Shown here piece after piece: positions 37,472-47,239 of a stretch of DNA of 64,000 nt. Numbering within the stretch: position 1 is the stretch's first letter; every line of letters starts with the position of its first letter. Origin of the DNA: Anaerolineales bacterium (lineage in GTDB: Bacteria; Chloroflexota; Anaerolineae; Caldilineales; Caldilineaceae); assembly GCA_034421855.1 (NCBI GenBank), contig DAOUKB010000046.1:726-64725 (forward strand), read 5' to 3'. The notes below the pieces were generated by a model. That model did not search any database. It was given only the letters and a program-made list of their open reading frames with translations, and was not told the origin of the DNA. Both the position numbers and the translations under genes were made by a program.

Positions 37472-38320
37472 TCAAAGTGCCGGGCTGCGCGGGCGTTTCC
37501 GCGCCGCCGCGGCGGCCTGCCATGGCAGGCCGTCGAACTGCCGGAACGCGGCGACGAGATCCGGCATGTCGGCGAAGACGAAGTTGGGAGGCCGCTCCTG
37601 AGCCAGAAATTCGGCGCGGGAGGTCACGCCCGTGCAGACTCCGGCGGTCCACATGGCAAGTTTCTGCGCCCCTTGGATATCGGTCTCGTACCGATCCCCG
37701 ACCATCAAACAGGCACCGGCATTCAGCTGCAGGCGCGCCATAGCCTCTTCAAACATGCCCGGATACGGCTTGCCGATGACCTCCGGCTGCACACCGGTGG
37801 CGGTTTTGAGCAGCGCCACAATGGAACCCGCCCCCGGAATTTCGCCCTCTTCGGACGGGAAGGTGGCGTCTTCGTTCGTGGCTATGAAGCGCGCTCCGGC
37901 TTGAATGGCCAAAGTGGCTTCGGCGCATTTGCGGTAGTCCAGATGAAAGTCCATGCCGACCACTACGAAATCCGCGTCTTGCGGTGTGTTGGCGGGCTTG
38001 AAGCCGTGGGCCAGCATCGCGGTCCAAACCCCAGCCTGTCCAATCAGCTGCACCTTGCTGCCCACCGGCGCGTTGCGCGCCATCCAGCCGCCCGTGGCCT
38101 CGGCGCTGGTCAGCACTTGCTCTTCGCGGGCCGAAATTCCCATGGCGGCCAGCTTGTCTACGAACATGGCAGGCGTGCGGGTGGCGTTGTTGGTCACGTA
38201 CACGATGGAGCGGCCGGTCTGCTCGAAATAGGCCAAGCCTTCCAAAACCCCCGGCAGGATTTCATCTCCCTTGTAGAGTACGCCGTCCATATCGAGCAGC
38301 AAGGCTTGTACCCGGCTCAT
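37472..38320 (-). CDS. HAD-IIA family phosphatase (NagD-like)
   Basis: LLDMDGVLY, YVTNNATR, GKP, MVGDRYETDI. Start taken at MSRVQ; longer versions up to 38485 are possible. Confidence 0.82.
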   Translation of the reverse strand: MSRVQALLLDMDGVLYKGDEILPGVLEGLAYFEQTGRSIVYVTNNATRTPAMFVDKLAAMGISAREEQVLTSAEATGGWMARNAPVGSKVQLIGQAGVWTAMLAHGFKPANTPQDADFVVVGMDFHLDYRKCAEATLAIQAGARFIATNEDATFPSEEGEIPGAGSIVALLKTATGVQPEVIGKPYPGMFEEAMARLQLNAGACLMVGDRYETDIQGAQKLAMWTAGVCTGVTSRAEFLAQERPPNFVFADMPDLVAAFRQFDGLPWQAAAAARKRPRSPAL

Positions 38321-38609
38321 CTGGTGCGGCAAGTCGGGTCCGGGAAACTGTTCCAACAAGTTGCCCGCCGCCGCATCCGCCGTACTGACCAGACTGAATT
38401 TGCGACCGCCGTCGTTCATGACCGGATACCTGCGCACAGGGTCGCGGAGCGCGCACCGCCGCGCCGCGCCGGCCCCCAACTGCATCGCGGGCCATGTCGG
38501 CCCGACCCGGCTTCACACATCGTCCGCGGTTCCCGTGTAGTTCGCATTTGCGGCCTCGGCGAAGGTTATAATGCGGCTGCTGCCCGCCCCACGCCAGAAC
38601 CCAGTCTCC

Positions 38610-39836
38610 ATGACCTACCAGTTTAAGCCTGTTGCCGAACAAGTCGAAATATTGATGCGGGGCGTGGACTGCGGCGACGTGCAGACGCAGGCGGCCATGC
38701 AAAAGGAACTGACCGCGCGGCTTGCCGAAAGCCGCGCCGCAGGGCAACCGCTACGGGTCTATTGCGGTTTCGATCCGTCGCGGGCCGATCTGCACTTGGG
38801 CCATACGGTGCCGCTCCGCAAGCTGCGGCAGTTTCAGGAGCTCGGGCACGAGGTCGTCTTTTTGATAGGGACCTTTACGGGCATTATCGGCGATCCGAGC
38901 GACAAGGAGGCGGCCCGCGAGCAGCAGACGCTGGACGAGTCCCTGCAGAAGGCCGAAACATTCGCCACTCAGGCCTTTCGGGTGCTCGACCGGGAATCGG
39001 CCGTCGTGGATTACAATCACCGCTGGCTCAAAGACCTGACCTTCGCCGACGTCATCGACGTGGCCAGCTTGTTTACCGTGCAGCAGTTTCTGGCCCGCCA
39101 GAATTTCCGGACACGCTTCGACAACGGCGATCCCATATGGCTGCACGAATTTTTCTACGCCCTGATGCAGGCGTTCGATGCGTACGCCCTCAAGACCGAC
39201 GTGCAGATCGGCGGCACGGATCAGCTGTTCAATCTGATGGCGGGCCGCAAGCTGATGCAGGCCAAGGGACTGCGGCCCCAGACCATCCTCACCTACCCCA
39301 TTTTGCCGGGCTTGGACGGGGTCAAGAGAATGAGCAAATCCACAGGCAACACCATCGATCTGGAGGACAGCCCGGGCAAGATGTTCACCAAGGTCCTGAA
39401 TCTACCGGATACCGTCGTGCTCCTGTACTGCGACTTGTTGACCCGCTGGGACGCCCGCCGGTTGGCCGACGCACACGCCCGCTTCAAAGACGACGTGACC
39501 GCCGTGAAACGCGAGCTGGCGCGCGAGATCGTCAGCGCCTACCACGGCGCCCGGCAGGTCGCCCAAGCCGAACGCGATGCGGCCGCCATGTTTACCGGCT
39601 CTATGCCCAGCGATACGCCCGAATTCAAAATCACCGGGAACTCCAGTCTGCTGGAGGTGCTGCACGCCGCGGGCTTGATCGAAAGCAAAGGCCGGGGGCG
39701 CCGACTGGTGCAGCAAGGCGGGGTCAGGCTGGACGGCAAGACGGTGACCGATCCTTTCATGGCGCTTGAGCCGGCCGCAGGGACCGACAGAGTCGTGCAG
39801 ATCGGCAAGACCATGTTCCTCAAATTGACGAGTTAG
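38610..39836 (+). CDS. tyrS: Tyrosine--tRNA ligase
   Basis: HIGH-type motif DLHLGH, KMSKS present verbatim, C-terminal S4-like domain ([13 protein letters not shown]). TATAAT at 38567-38572. Confidence 0.92.
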   Translation: MTYQFKPVAEQVEILMRGVDCGDVQTQAAMQKELTARLAESRAAGQPLRVYCGFDPSRADLHLGHTVPLRKLRQFQELGHEVVFLIGTFTGIIGDPSDKEAAREQQTLDESLQKAETFATQAFRVLDRESAVVDYNHRWLKDLTFADVIDVASLFTVQQFLARQNFRTRFDNGDPIWLHEFFYALMQAFDAYALKTDVQIGGTDQLFNLMAGRKLMQAKGLRPQTILTYPILPGLDGVKRMSKSTGNTIDLEDSPGKMFTKVLNLPDTVVLLYCDLLTRWDARRLADAHARFKDDVTAVKRELAREIVSAYHGARQVAQAERDAAAMFTGSMPSDTPEFKITGNSSLLEVLHAAGLIESKGRGRRLVQQGGVRLDGKTVTDPFMALEPAAGTDRVVQIGKTMFLKLTS

Positions 39837-39948
39837 GCGCCGGCGACTGCACGGGAATACCCGCCGGGGGTCACCATATATTTATTATGTAGAAGCTGCC
39901 GTCTCGGGTATCCACACTCTCCGCTTCTTCCACATAGGCGAACTCACC

Positions 39949-40731
39949 ATGAATTTGAACGGCAAAAAAGGACTGATCTTCGGCGTAGCCAACAAGAACT
40001 CGATTGCTTGGGGCATTGCTCAGGCTCTGCATGCCGAGGGGGCGCAGCTGGGTTTCGCCTATGCGGGCGAGATGCTGGCCAAGAGAGTACGCCCCTTGGC
40101 GGAAAGCGTGAACAGCCCCTTGGTCGTGTCTTGCGACGTGACCCGGGACGCGGACATTGCTGCCGCCTTCGACCAGGCGCGCGAGGTATGGGACGGTATC
40201 GACTTCCTGGTTCATTCCATCGCCTTTGCCCCCAAGGAAGAGCTGACGGGCAGCTTCCGGAATACTTCCCGCTCCGGCTTTCAGGTAGCTATGGACATCA
40301 GCTGCTACAGCTTGATCGCCTTGGCCCGCAAAGCCAGCGAGATGATGCCCGACGGGGGCAGCATAGTCACCATGACCTACTTTGGAGCCGAGAAGGTAAC
40401 TCCGAACTACAACTTGATGGGCGTGGCCAAGGCCGCGCTGGAAGCCGCGGTGCGGTACTTGGCTTGGGACCTGGGGCAGGATCGCATTCGGGTCAACGCC
40501 ATTTCGGCCGGTCCCATTCGCACTCTGGCCGCCTCGGGCATCAGCGGTTTTCGCAAGAGTCAGGAGTACATTGGGCAAGTCGCGCCCCGCGGCAACGTGA
40601 CGCAGCAGGACATTGGCGACATGGCCCAGTTCCTGGTGAGCGACAAATCCGGCGGCATCACCGGCGAGGTAATCCATGTAGACGGCGGCTACAACATCAT
40701 GGGGGCTCCGGACGACGGCATGATGCGGTAG
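39949..40731 (+). CDS. fabI: Enoyl-[acyl-carrier-protein] reductase (NADH), FabI
   Basis: [46 protein letters not shown]. Confidence 0.92.
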   Translation: MNLNGKKGLIFGVANKNSIAWGIAQALHAEGAQLGFAYAGEMLAKRVRPLAESVNSPLVVSCDVTRDADIAAAFDQAREVWDGIDFLVHSIAFAPKEELTGSFRNTSRSGFQVAMDISCYSLIALARKASEMMPDGGSIVTMTYFGAEKVTPNYNLMGVAKAALEAAVRYLAWDLGQDRIRVNAISAGPIRTLAASGISGFRKSQEYIGQVAPRGNVTQQDIGDMAQFLVSDKSGGITGEVIHVDGGYNIMGAPDDGMMR

Positions 40732-40805
40732 TCGCTCCTGATACGTCGTAGGATCCTTATGAAGAAGCACTCCACCTCTGCAGTTCCCGTCCGCAAGCAA
40801 GTCCC

Positions 40806-41843
40806 ATGAATGCCACGACGGAATACCGGTTTCTTGCAGCGACGAGCGGCGAAGACTGCATAAAGTCGTTTGTCTGGAACTCGGCGGCTCCCCGCGAGTT
40901 GACTTGTCTCCAGACCGTGCCGGCGGCAACAAGGCCCGGGCCTTTGGTCTTCTCGCATGACGAAAGCATCCTGTATGCCGGCCTGCGGGGCTCCCGACAG
41001 ATTGCCGTCTACCGCTGCGACAGAGACGGCGCCGGTCCCGTGCTGCAGCCGTACATGAAGGTCGAACTCGACGCCGATCCCTGCTACCTGAGCCTAGATG
41101 CCACAGGGCAATGGCTGTTGGCCGCCTACTATGGAGCCGGCCAAGTGACGGTGCACGGCATCTCGCAAGCCGGGCGGCTGACGCCCGAACCGGTGCAGCA
41201 GATCGCCACTGGCCCGAAAGCCCATTGCATAGGGGTCAATCCGTTCGACTCGACGATCTGGGTGCCCCACGTGGGCGCAGAGAATGCAGTGCACGAGTTG
41301 CGCCTGGACCCCACCACCGGACGACTTTCCCGCGTAGGGGTCCGCAGAGCCGCAGAAGATGCCTGGGTGGGGCCGGTAGGACCGCGCCATTGTACTTTCC
41401 ACGAATCCACGCGCAGCGTCTACGTTTGCAATGAACACGGCTCCTCCGTAACCCATTATGTATACGACGACGCCGGTGCGGCACGGGAAGTGAACACTTT
41501 ATCCACTTTGCCGAGTCCGTATGGCGCCGCCAACACTTGCGCGCAGATTCATGGGGATCCGGTCGGCCGATTTCTGTATGTCTCCAACCGCGGCCACAAC
41601 AGCTTGGCCATCTTTGCCGTTGCCCCGGAATCGGGAGCGCTGACGGTCCGCGGGTGGCAGGAAACGGAACCGGTACCCAGAGCGTTCGCCGTCACGCGGG
41701 ACAGTCGCTACGTGCTTTGCAGCGGTCTGGCGTCAGGTTGCCTGTCCATTTACGGCATTTGCAGCGCCACGGGCCATTTGGACCTGCAGTCCCGCGGCTA
41801 CATCGGGGCCGAGCCGATGTGGATTCTCCCTCTGAGTCGATGA
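40806..41843 (+). CDS. Lactonase, 7-bladed beta-propeller (6-phosphogluconolactonase/YbhE-like)
   Basis: 345 aa with repeated blade motifs and LYVSNRGHNSLAIFAV, typical of the family. Confidence 0.75.
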   Translation: MNATTEYRFLAATSGEDCIKSFVWNSAAPRELTCLQTVPAATRPGPLVFSHDESILYAGLRGSRQIAVYRCDRDGAGPVLQPYMKVELDADPCYLSLDATGQWLLAAYYGAGQVTVHGISQAGRLTPEPVQQIATGPKAHCIGVNPFDSTIWVPHVGAENAVHELRLDPTTGRLSRVGVRRAAEDAWVGPVGPRHCTFHESTRSVYVCNEHGSSVTHYVYDDAGAAREVNTLSTLPSPYGAANTCAQIHGDPVGRFLYVSNRGHNSLAIFAVAPESGALTVRGWQETEPVPRAFAVTRDSRYVLCSGLASGCLSIYGICSATGHLDLQSRGYIGAEPMWILPLSR

Positions 41844-42016
41844 GCCGCGGTCCATCGTGGAGTAACCGGTTGCGGGTCTTCGGCCATGCGCCCCCATCCC
41901 CGGCCCGGCCGCATCTGCATGTTCGCAACGTCTGCCGAGCATCCATGCCGCCCCTGCACACCGCGCCCGATACCGGCGGAGCGCAATGGGAAATTGTGAA
42001 CAGTCTGTTGCTGCGA

Positions 42017-42069
42017 TTGGTGAAAATTCTCTTTCGTGTTAGGATACATGTTCTATATGTGGGATATAG
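42017..42069 (+). promoter_or_regulatory. Putative lexA promoter with overlapping palindromes (candidate operator)
   Basis: TTGGTG (42017-42022), 17 nt, TAGGAT (42040-42045). Immediately followed by ACAT-N7-ATGT (42046-42060) and CTATAT-N5-ATATAG (42053-42069). AAGGAGG RBS at 42106-42112. Confidence 0.4.
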
Positions 42070-42116
42070 GCCGACACGTTTTCGGCGATTGCAGATAAGC
42101 GGGTAAAGGAGGAATC

Positions 42117-42821
42117 ATGCCGAGATCGGGAAAGCGGGGCAAGTACAAGCTCCGACCTTTATCGGACAAACAGATAAGGATGTTCAAGTTCATTCTTGAA
42201 TACCTCGACAAGCGCGAGTTTCCGCCGTCCATACGGGAAATCGGCGACGCCGCCGGTATTCCCAGTACGTCGGTGGTGAACTACAACCTGAACAAGCTGG
42301 TGGAACACAGGTTGATTTCGCGCTGGAAAGAGGTCAGCAGAGCCATCAAGATCAATCGGCGGCGGGCCTCCGACCTGGGATTCGCGGTCGCCCCCCCACG
42401 GGTGCCGCCACTCAAGAAAGTGCCCATTTTGGGCAATGTGGTAGCCAGCAATCCCGTGAACGTAGGGGAACTCCATACATGGAACGGCGCCAGGGAATGG
42501 ATCGATGTTTCGCCTTCGTTGCTGGGGGACGTAGAGAATCCCTACGCCTTGCGCGTACAGGGGGACTCCATGATCGACGCCCACATCTTGGACAACGATG
42601 TGGTGGTGATGGGGCCGGCCCACGCGGTCAGAAACGGCGACTTGGTCGGAGCCTGGCTGCAGGACGACGACGAAATGACGCTCAAGCGGTATTTCCGGGA
42701 AGGAGACATGGTGCGTCTACAGCCCAGTAGTCCGAATCCGGAACACCGGCCGATCGTCAGACCGACGTCGCAGGTCCGTATCCAAGGCAAAGTTCTGGCC
42801 GTCGTACGCACCATGGTGTAA
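42117..42821 (+). CDS. lexA: LexA repressor
   Basis: N-terminal wHTH (PPSIREIGDAAGIPSTSVVNYNLNKL). S24 autopeptidase with LRVQGDSM (Ser) and TLKRY (Lys). Confidence 0.92.
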   Translation: MPRSGKRGKYKLRPLSDKQIRMFKFILEYLDKREFPPSIREIGDAAGIPSTSVVNYNLNKLVEHRLISRWKEVSRAIKINRRRASDLGFAVAPPRVPPLKKVPILGNVVASNPVNVGELHTWNGAREWIDVSPSLLGDVENPYALRVQGDSMIDAHILDNDVVVMGPAHAVRNGDLVGAWLQDDDEMTLKRYFREGDMVRLQPSSPNPEHRPIVRPTSQVRIQGKVLAVVRTMV

Positions 42822-42996
42822 CGTGTTCCGCCAGAGTTTCCGGGTGCTCTGGCCGGTTGCAGTCCACGACGGGATACTATCCCTGACACGGAACGGGCGT
42901 CTCCCTTCCGGCGCGGTCCCAGGGTAGAGTACCCGCGAGTTCTGCGGCACCTCTAGAGTTCGACCGCGGGAGATTGCAACTCCCGTGGGTGTTTTG

Positions 42997-45168
42997 ATGT
43001 TCGCTTTCCCTGTCCCGTCCCGCAACGGGGGGGCAGGCGTCTTTCCGGCCGGTACTGCCTCTTGGCTCTTGGCGCTGGTTCTGGCCATACTCGGCGGCGG
43101 CTGGATGTTGTACCTTGCCGGCGCCTCTGCGGCTGCTATCCCGACGGATCGGCCGACCGGCTTCTCTGCCGGCGAGGTGGTCGTTCTCAGCGACCATGGG
43201 CACCTGTTGGAGATCGCCTGTGGAGATCGGCGGATCGATACGGTCGACTTGTCGCTTTGCGATCCCGGTCAACCCCTACATATTCGATTCACGTACAGCG
43301 GACACCAGCTCTGGCTGCAGTTGCAGCGCGGAGATGAATTCGGGCTGTTGTTCGTCACGGTAGACGGCCAACCCGCCAACTTGATCAAAGTGCAGGCTGC
43401 CGTCCCGCCGGGGGAGGGAGCGCGGGCAGGCCGCCTGCCCTTGTATTCCCCATACGAACACGCCTCCATGCGACCCGCATCCGAGTGGATTCCTGTCCAT
43501 CGGGACAATGCGGCGCATCCTCATACGGTCGAACTTCAGGTGCACCCGGGACCCGTACCGGAACCCCTGTCGCAGCCCGGGCCGCCCGTCTTGGCCGTGG
43601 GGGTGGATCTGCCCGGCCCCGTCCGGCTGCCCTATTGGCCGGGTCTGCTGTTTTTGATCGTCGGCGGAACGGGCATGGCGCTTGCCCTCTTGGCCGTCGA
43701 CCACTGGCCCGCGGTGTGCAGAGCGCCTGTGCGTCTCGGCCGCCGCCTCCTGCAGTATGCGCATGCCGTCCTGCCCGCTACTCCGACCCAGCTGGGACTT
43801 CTGGCAGGACTGGGGCTTCTGGCAGCGAGTCTGGGTCTCTACCGACAGAGTTGGTGGCTCAGCCTCCTGGGTCTGGCGATGCTCGGGTTGGCCGGATTAC
43901 AGCGGCCCGCCATCTGGTTGGGGGCCGTACTGCTGGGTTTGCCCTTCTATCTATTCCCTATTCCGCTTTTCCCGGGATTTGCCCTCAACCTCGTAGAAAT
44001 CGGCGTGTGGGGCGGTCTGATGTTGGTGGGGCTGCAGTACCTGCGCCAAGGTCCCGATCGGCTGCCGGAGCCCAGGCGGGCTTCCGCATCGGCGCCCGTA
44101 TGGTGGAGTCTGGCGGCCTTTACGGGGGTTGCGCTTTTTTCGGCCTTGGAAGCCCAATACCAAGCTCCGGCTTTGCGGGAATGGCGGACGGTGTTTTTGG
44201 CTGCCCTGGTTTTTCTGACCGCTGTGACCGCCGCCTTGCGCATGTCCGCGCGGCCGGAAGCAGATGCAGCTCTCATGCTGGCGATGTGGATCGGAGGAGC
44301 AGTGGCCGTTTCGCTTTTTGGCTATTATGCCTTTACCCAAGGCATCTTCGTCACCGACGTCGACGGCGTGCGCAGAATCCGCGGGCTCTTCGGTTCTCCC
44401 AACAACCTGGCCCTGTACTTGGAACGGACGGTGCTGGTAAGCATCGCCTTGTTTCTTTTTGCGCGCACTTGGCCACGCCGGATGCTGTGGGCCGTCTTGG
44501 TCGCCGTACAAGCCGGGGCTTTGCTCTTGACGTTCTCCAAGGGGGGCCTCTTGTTGGGGTTGCCCGCGGGACTGCTCTTGCTCGGGGGAGCGACGTACTG
44601 CCTACGCCGACGGCTGCCGGAAGCCCGACGGGTCATAGGGTTGCTGGGGGGAGTCGCCCTGGTAGGCTTGCTCTTGCTGGCTCCGTTCCTGAACACGCCG
44701 CGTTTTGCCGGCATCTGGGAGTGGCAGCAGCATTTCCCCAGTTTCGTCAGGATTTATTTGTGGCGCAGCGGCCTGCAGATGTTCCTGGACCATTGGATGG
44801 GGGGAGTCGGCCCCGACAACTTCCTGTACTGGTATCGGGGCGCCTACCTGCATCCTGCGGTTTGGCATGAACCCAGCCTGAACCATCCTCACAACTTCTT
44901 GATTGATTTGGCGGCTCGACTGGGACTGGCAGGCCTGAGTACAGGCTTGGCGTTCTTCGGCATCGGCTTCCGCGCGCTGCGGAGACAGATCGGCAAGCCG
45001 GCGCCCAGTCGAGTAGCCCTCGGATTGGCTGCGGCCGGTGGGGCCGGACTGGCGCATGGGCTGGTGGATGCCAGTTACGCTTTGCCGGAGCTGATGCTGA
45101 TCTGGACTCTGCTCTTTGGGCTGGCCTGCATGCCGAACCTTTCCCAAACGGAGAGGATGCTTACTTGA
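42997..45168 (+). CDS. O-antigen ligase/polymerase-like (Wzy_C) polytopic membrane protein with an N-terminal extracytoplasmic domain
   Basis: Many TM helices. Wzy_C-like core (GLFGSPNNLALYLE, LLLTFSKGGLLLG, HPHNFLIDL). GTG-42985 is an alternative start. Confidence 0.75.
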   Translation: MFAFPVPSRNGGAGVFPAGTASWLLALVLAILGGGWMLYLAGASAAAIPTDRPTGFSAGEVVVLSDHGHLLEIACGDRRIDTVDLSLCDPGQPLHIRFTYSGHQLWLQLQRGDEFGLLFVTVDGQPANLIKVQAAVPPGEGARAGRLPLYSPYEHASMRPASEWIPVHRDNAAHPHTVELQVHPGPVPEPLSQPGPPVLAVGVDLPGPVRLPYWPGLLFLIVGGTGMALALLAVDHWPAVCRAPVRLGRRLLQYAHAVLPATPTQLGLLAGLGLLAASLGLYRQSWWLSLLGLAMLGLAGLQRPAIWLGAVLLGLPFYLFPIPLFPGFALNLVEIGVWGGLMLVGLQYLRQGPDRLPEPRRASASAPVWWSLAAFTGVALFSALEAQYQAPALREWRTVFLAALVFLTAVTAALRMSARPEADAALMLAMWIGGAVAVSLFGYYAFTQGIFVTDVDGVRRIRGLFGSPNNLALYLERTVLVSIALFLFARTWPRRMLWAVLVAVQAGALLLTFSKGGLLLGLPAGLLLLGGATYCLRRRLPEARRVIGLLGGVALVGLLLLAPFLNTPRFAGIWEWQQHFPSFVRIYLWRSGLQMFLDHWMGGVGPDNFLYWYRGAYLHPAVWHEPSLNHPHNFLIDLAARLGLAGLSTGLAFFGIGFRALRRQIGKPAPSRVALGLAAAGGAGLAHGLVDASYALPELMLIWTLLFGLACMPNLSQTERMLT

Positions 45169-45712
45169 GGATTCGGGACATGCCTTCGGCCAGGATGGCC
45201 CGATTGAGTTCCCCGATGTGCCGCAACTGAATGATACCGTTCCGATCTACAAAAAAAGTAGTAGGCAAATTGAGGATCTCGTAGGCCTCGAACGCCTGGT
45301 CTCCGGCCTGGGCCTCGGCCACTCGATAGTTGATCGCCAGTTCCTGCGCCATGGCGGTGGCCGGCCCGCTGTCGCTGGCGCGCACAATCCCTAGAATTTC
45401 GATATCGCCGCCGTAACGGGTGAAGGCGTCCATCAAGGCCGGAATCTCCCGGCGACAGGGAGGACACCAAGATGCCCAAAAGTTGATTACGGTCGGGGTG
45501 TTGCCTTGGCCGTTCCAATGCAGTTCTTCCCCCGAGACGAGATACGCAGCCCGAAAGTGGGGAGCGGCATGGCCTACCAGGGGCCCCTGCAAATCTTGCA
45601 GAGAAGCCGAAACGTCCCGGGGAGTACTCACCCCGATCCAAATCCCGCCCAGCAGAAGGACCCACAAGGCGGTCAGATGCCAACGGTTGAAGGCAGCAAG
45701 GCGTTTGACCAT
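45161..45712 (-). CDS. TlpA/ResA-type membrane-anchored thiol:disulfide oxidoreductase
   Basis: Signal-anchor LTALWVLLLGGIWIGV, then VINFWASWCPPCRREIP. Confidence 0.88.
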   Translation of the reverse strand: MVKRLAAFNRWHLTALWVLLLGGIWIGVSTPRDVSASLQDLQGPLVGHAAPHFRAAYLVSGEELHWNGQGNTPTVINFWASWCPPCRREIPALMDAFTRYGGDIEILGIVRASDSGPATAMAQELAINYRVAEAQAGDQAFEAYEILNLPTTFFVDRNGIIQLRHIGELNRAILAEGMSRILK

Positions 45713-45736
45713 GTTCGAAAGCGGTAAGCGGAGTCG

Positions 45737-47155
45737 TCAACGCCAGTCGGAATGGAAGTGTCCCGGCCGGTCGATCCGTTCATAGGTGTGGGCCCCGAAG
45801 AAATCCCGCTGCCCTTGTATCAAATTGGCCGGCAGACGTGCCGTCCGATACGAGTCGTAGTAGGCCAGACTGGCGCCTAGGCCGGGCACCGGAATTCCCG
45901 CCAAGACCGCGTTGGATACCACCCGGCGCCAGGCCGGCAAACGCTCCCCCACCACGGCATTGATCGCAGGATCCAAGAGCAGGTTGGACAGCTGGGGGTC
46001 CTGCCGGTAGGCCCGCATGACGTCCTCGAGCAAACGGGCCCGGATGATGCAGCCGCCGCGCCAGATCGCGGCAATTTCGCCCAGCTGCAATTCGTAGCCG
46101 TATTCCTTACTGGCCGTGCCCAACAACGCCATGCCTTGGGCATAGGCGCTGATCTTGCCGGCGTAGAGAGCAGCCCGAATGGCCGCCTTGCCGGCTTCTC
46201 GGTCTCCCCGCCATGGATTGGAATCCACCGCACGGCCCGGCAATCGGGCGGCCGCATGGAGCCGTTCGCTTTTCAAACTCGAAAGGATCCGACCTACCAC
46301 GGCCGCATTGATGGTCGGTACGGGGGAGCCCAAATCCAGCGCATTTTGACTGGTCCATTTCCCAGTGCCTTTCTGCGCCGCCTTGTCCAGCACCACATCG
46401 ATGAGAGCCTGGTCCGTCAAAGGGTCCACCACTGCGAATATGCGGGCTGTGACGTCGATCAGAAAACTGTCCAGTTCGCCTTCGTTCCATTCCGCAAACG
46501 TATCCGCCAATTCCGCATTGGTAAGCCCCAGTCCGCGCTGCAGCAGGGCGTAAGCCTCCGCAATCAATTGCATGTCGCCGTATTCAATGGCGTTATGCAC
46601 CATCTTGACGTAGTGTCCGGCTCCCCGGGGCCCCATATAGGCCAGACAAGGCGTCTGGTCGCCGGGCACCTTGGCCGAGATTGCCGTCAAGACGCCTTCG
46701 ACTTGCGCGTAGGCTGCCCGCGTGCCGCCCGGCATGACGGAAGGCCCGCGAAGCGCGCCCTCTTCGCCGCCGCTAATCCCCACCCCCAGAAAATCCAGGC
46801 CTTGCGCCTGGACGAAGGCCGCGCGGCGATCGGAGTCTTGGAAGTGGCTGTTGCCGCCGTCGACGATGAGGTCTCCTGCGTCGAGCAAGGGCAGCAGATC
46901 CCCGATGACGGCATCCACGGAGGGTCCAGCCTGCACCATGATCATGACGATACGGGGCCGCTGCAGTCTGCCGACCAGTTCCGCCAAGGTCGCGGTCCGA
47001 ATCAGATTCGATGCGGGATGGCGGGCCAGGAACTCGTCCGTCCGGGCGGTGGTCCGGTTGTAGACTGCCACGGCATACCCGTTACGTTCCATATTGAGCA
47101 CCAGATTTTGGCCCATGACGGCCAGTCCGATGAAACCGAGGTCAGCACGGCACAT
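45737..47155 (-). CDS. gnd: 6-phosphogluconate dehydrogenase (decarboxylating)
   Basis: GFIGLAVMGQNLVLNMERNGY.VAVYNRT, GGNSHF, GAGHYVKMVHNAIEYGDMQ, AHTYERID. Confidence 0.93.
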   Translation of the reverse strand: MCRADLGFIGLAVMGQNLVLNMERNGYAVAVYNRTTARTDEFLARHPASNLIRTATLAELVGRLQRPRIVMIMVQAGPSVDAVIGDLLPLLDAGDLIVDGGNSHFQDSDRRAAFVQAQGLDFLGVGISGGEEGALRGPSVMPGGTRAAYAQVEGVLTAISAKVPGDQTPCLAYMGPRGAGHYVKMVHNAIEYGDMQLIAEAYALLQRGLGLTNAELADTFAEWNEGELDSFLIDVTARIFAVVDPLTDQALIDVVLDKAAQKGTGKWTSQNALDLGSPVPTINAAVVGRILSSLKSERLHAAARLPGRAVDSNPWRGDREAGKAAIRAALYAGKISAYAQGMALLGTASKEYGYELQLGEIAAIWRGGCIIRARLLEDVMRAYRQDPQLSNLLLDPAINAVVGERLPAWRRVVSNAVLAGIPVPGLGASLAYYDSYRTARLPANLIQGQRDFFGAHTYERIDRPGHFHSDWR

Positions 47156-47239
47156 TCCTATCCCTCCCTTGGGCTGTTCGCCCGGCCGCCGGCGTGAGCA
47201 CGCCAGAACAAAACGGAAGACCCTGGAAACCGTCCGTCT

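Noticed and set aside
38321-38609. Possible T-box leader upstream of tyrS
   Set aside because: No T-box consensus (AAnnnGGGUGGUACCGCG) and no specifier/antiterminator arrangement is visible. Only a TATAAT at 38567-38572 stands out.
41998-42009. GAACAGTCTGTT as a Cheo-type LexA box (GAAC-N4-GTTC)
   Set aside because: The right half-site does not match at N4 spacing (TGTT), and matches only partly at N5 (GTTG). It is kept only as one of several palindromes in the lexA-promoter finding.
43790-43830. Direct repeat GG.CTTCTGGCAG x2
   Set aside because: It lies inside the O-antigen-ligase-like CDS and encodes a repeated LGLLAG hydrophobic helix segment. It is not a regulatory or mobile repeat.
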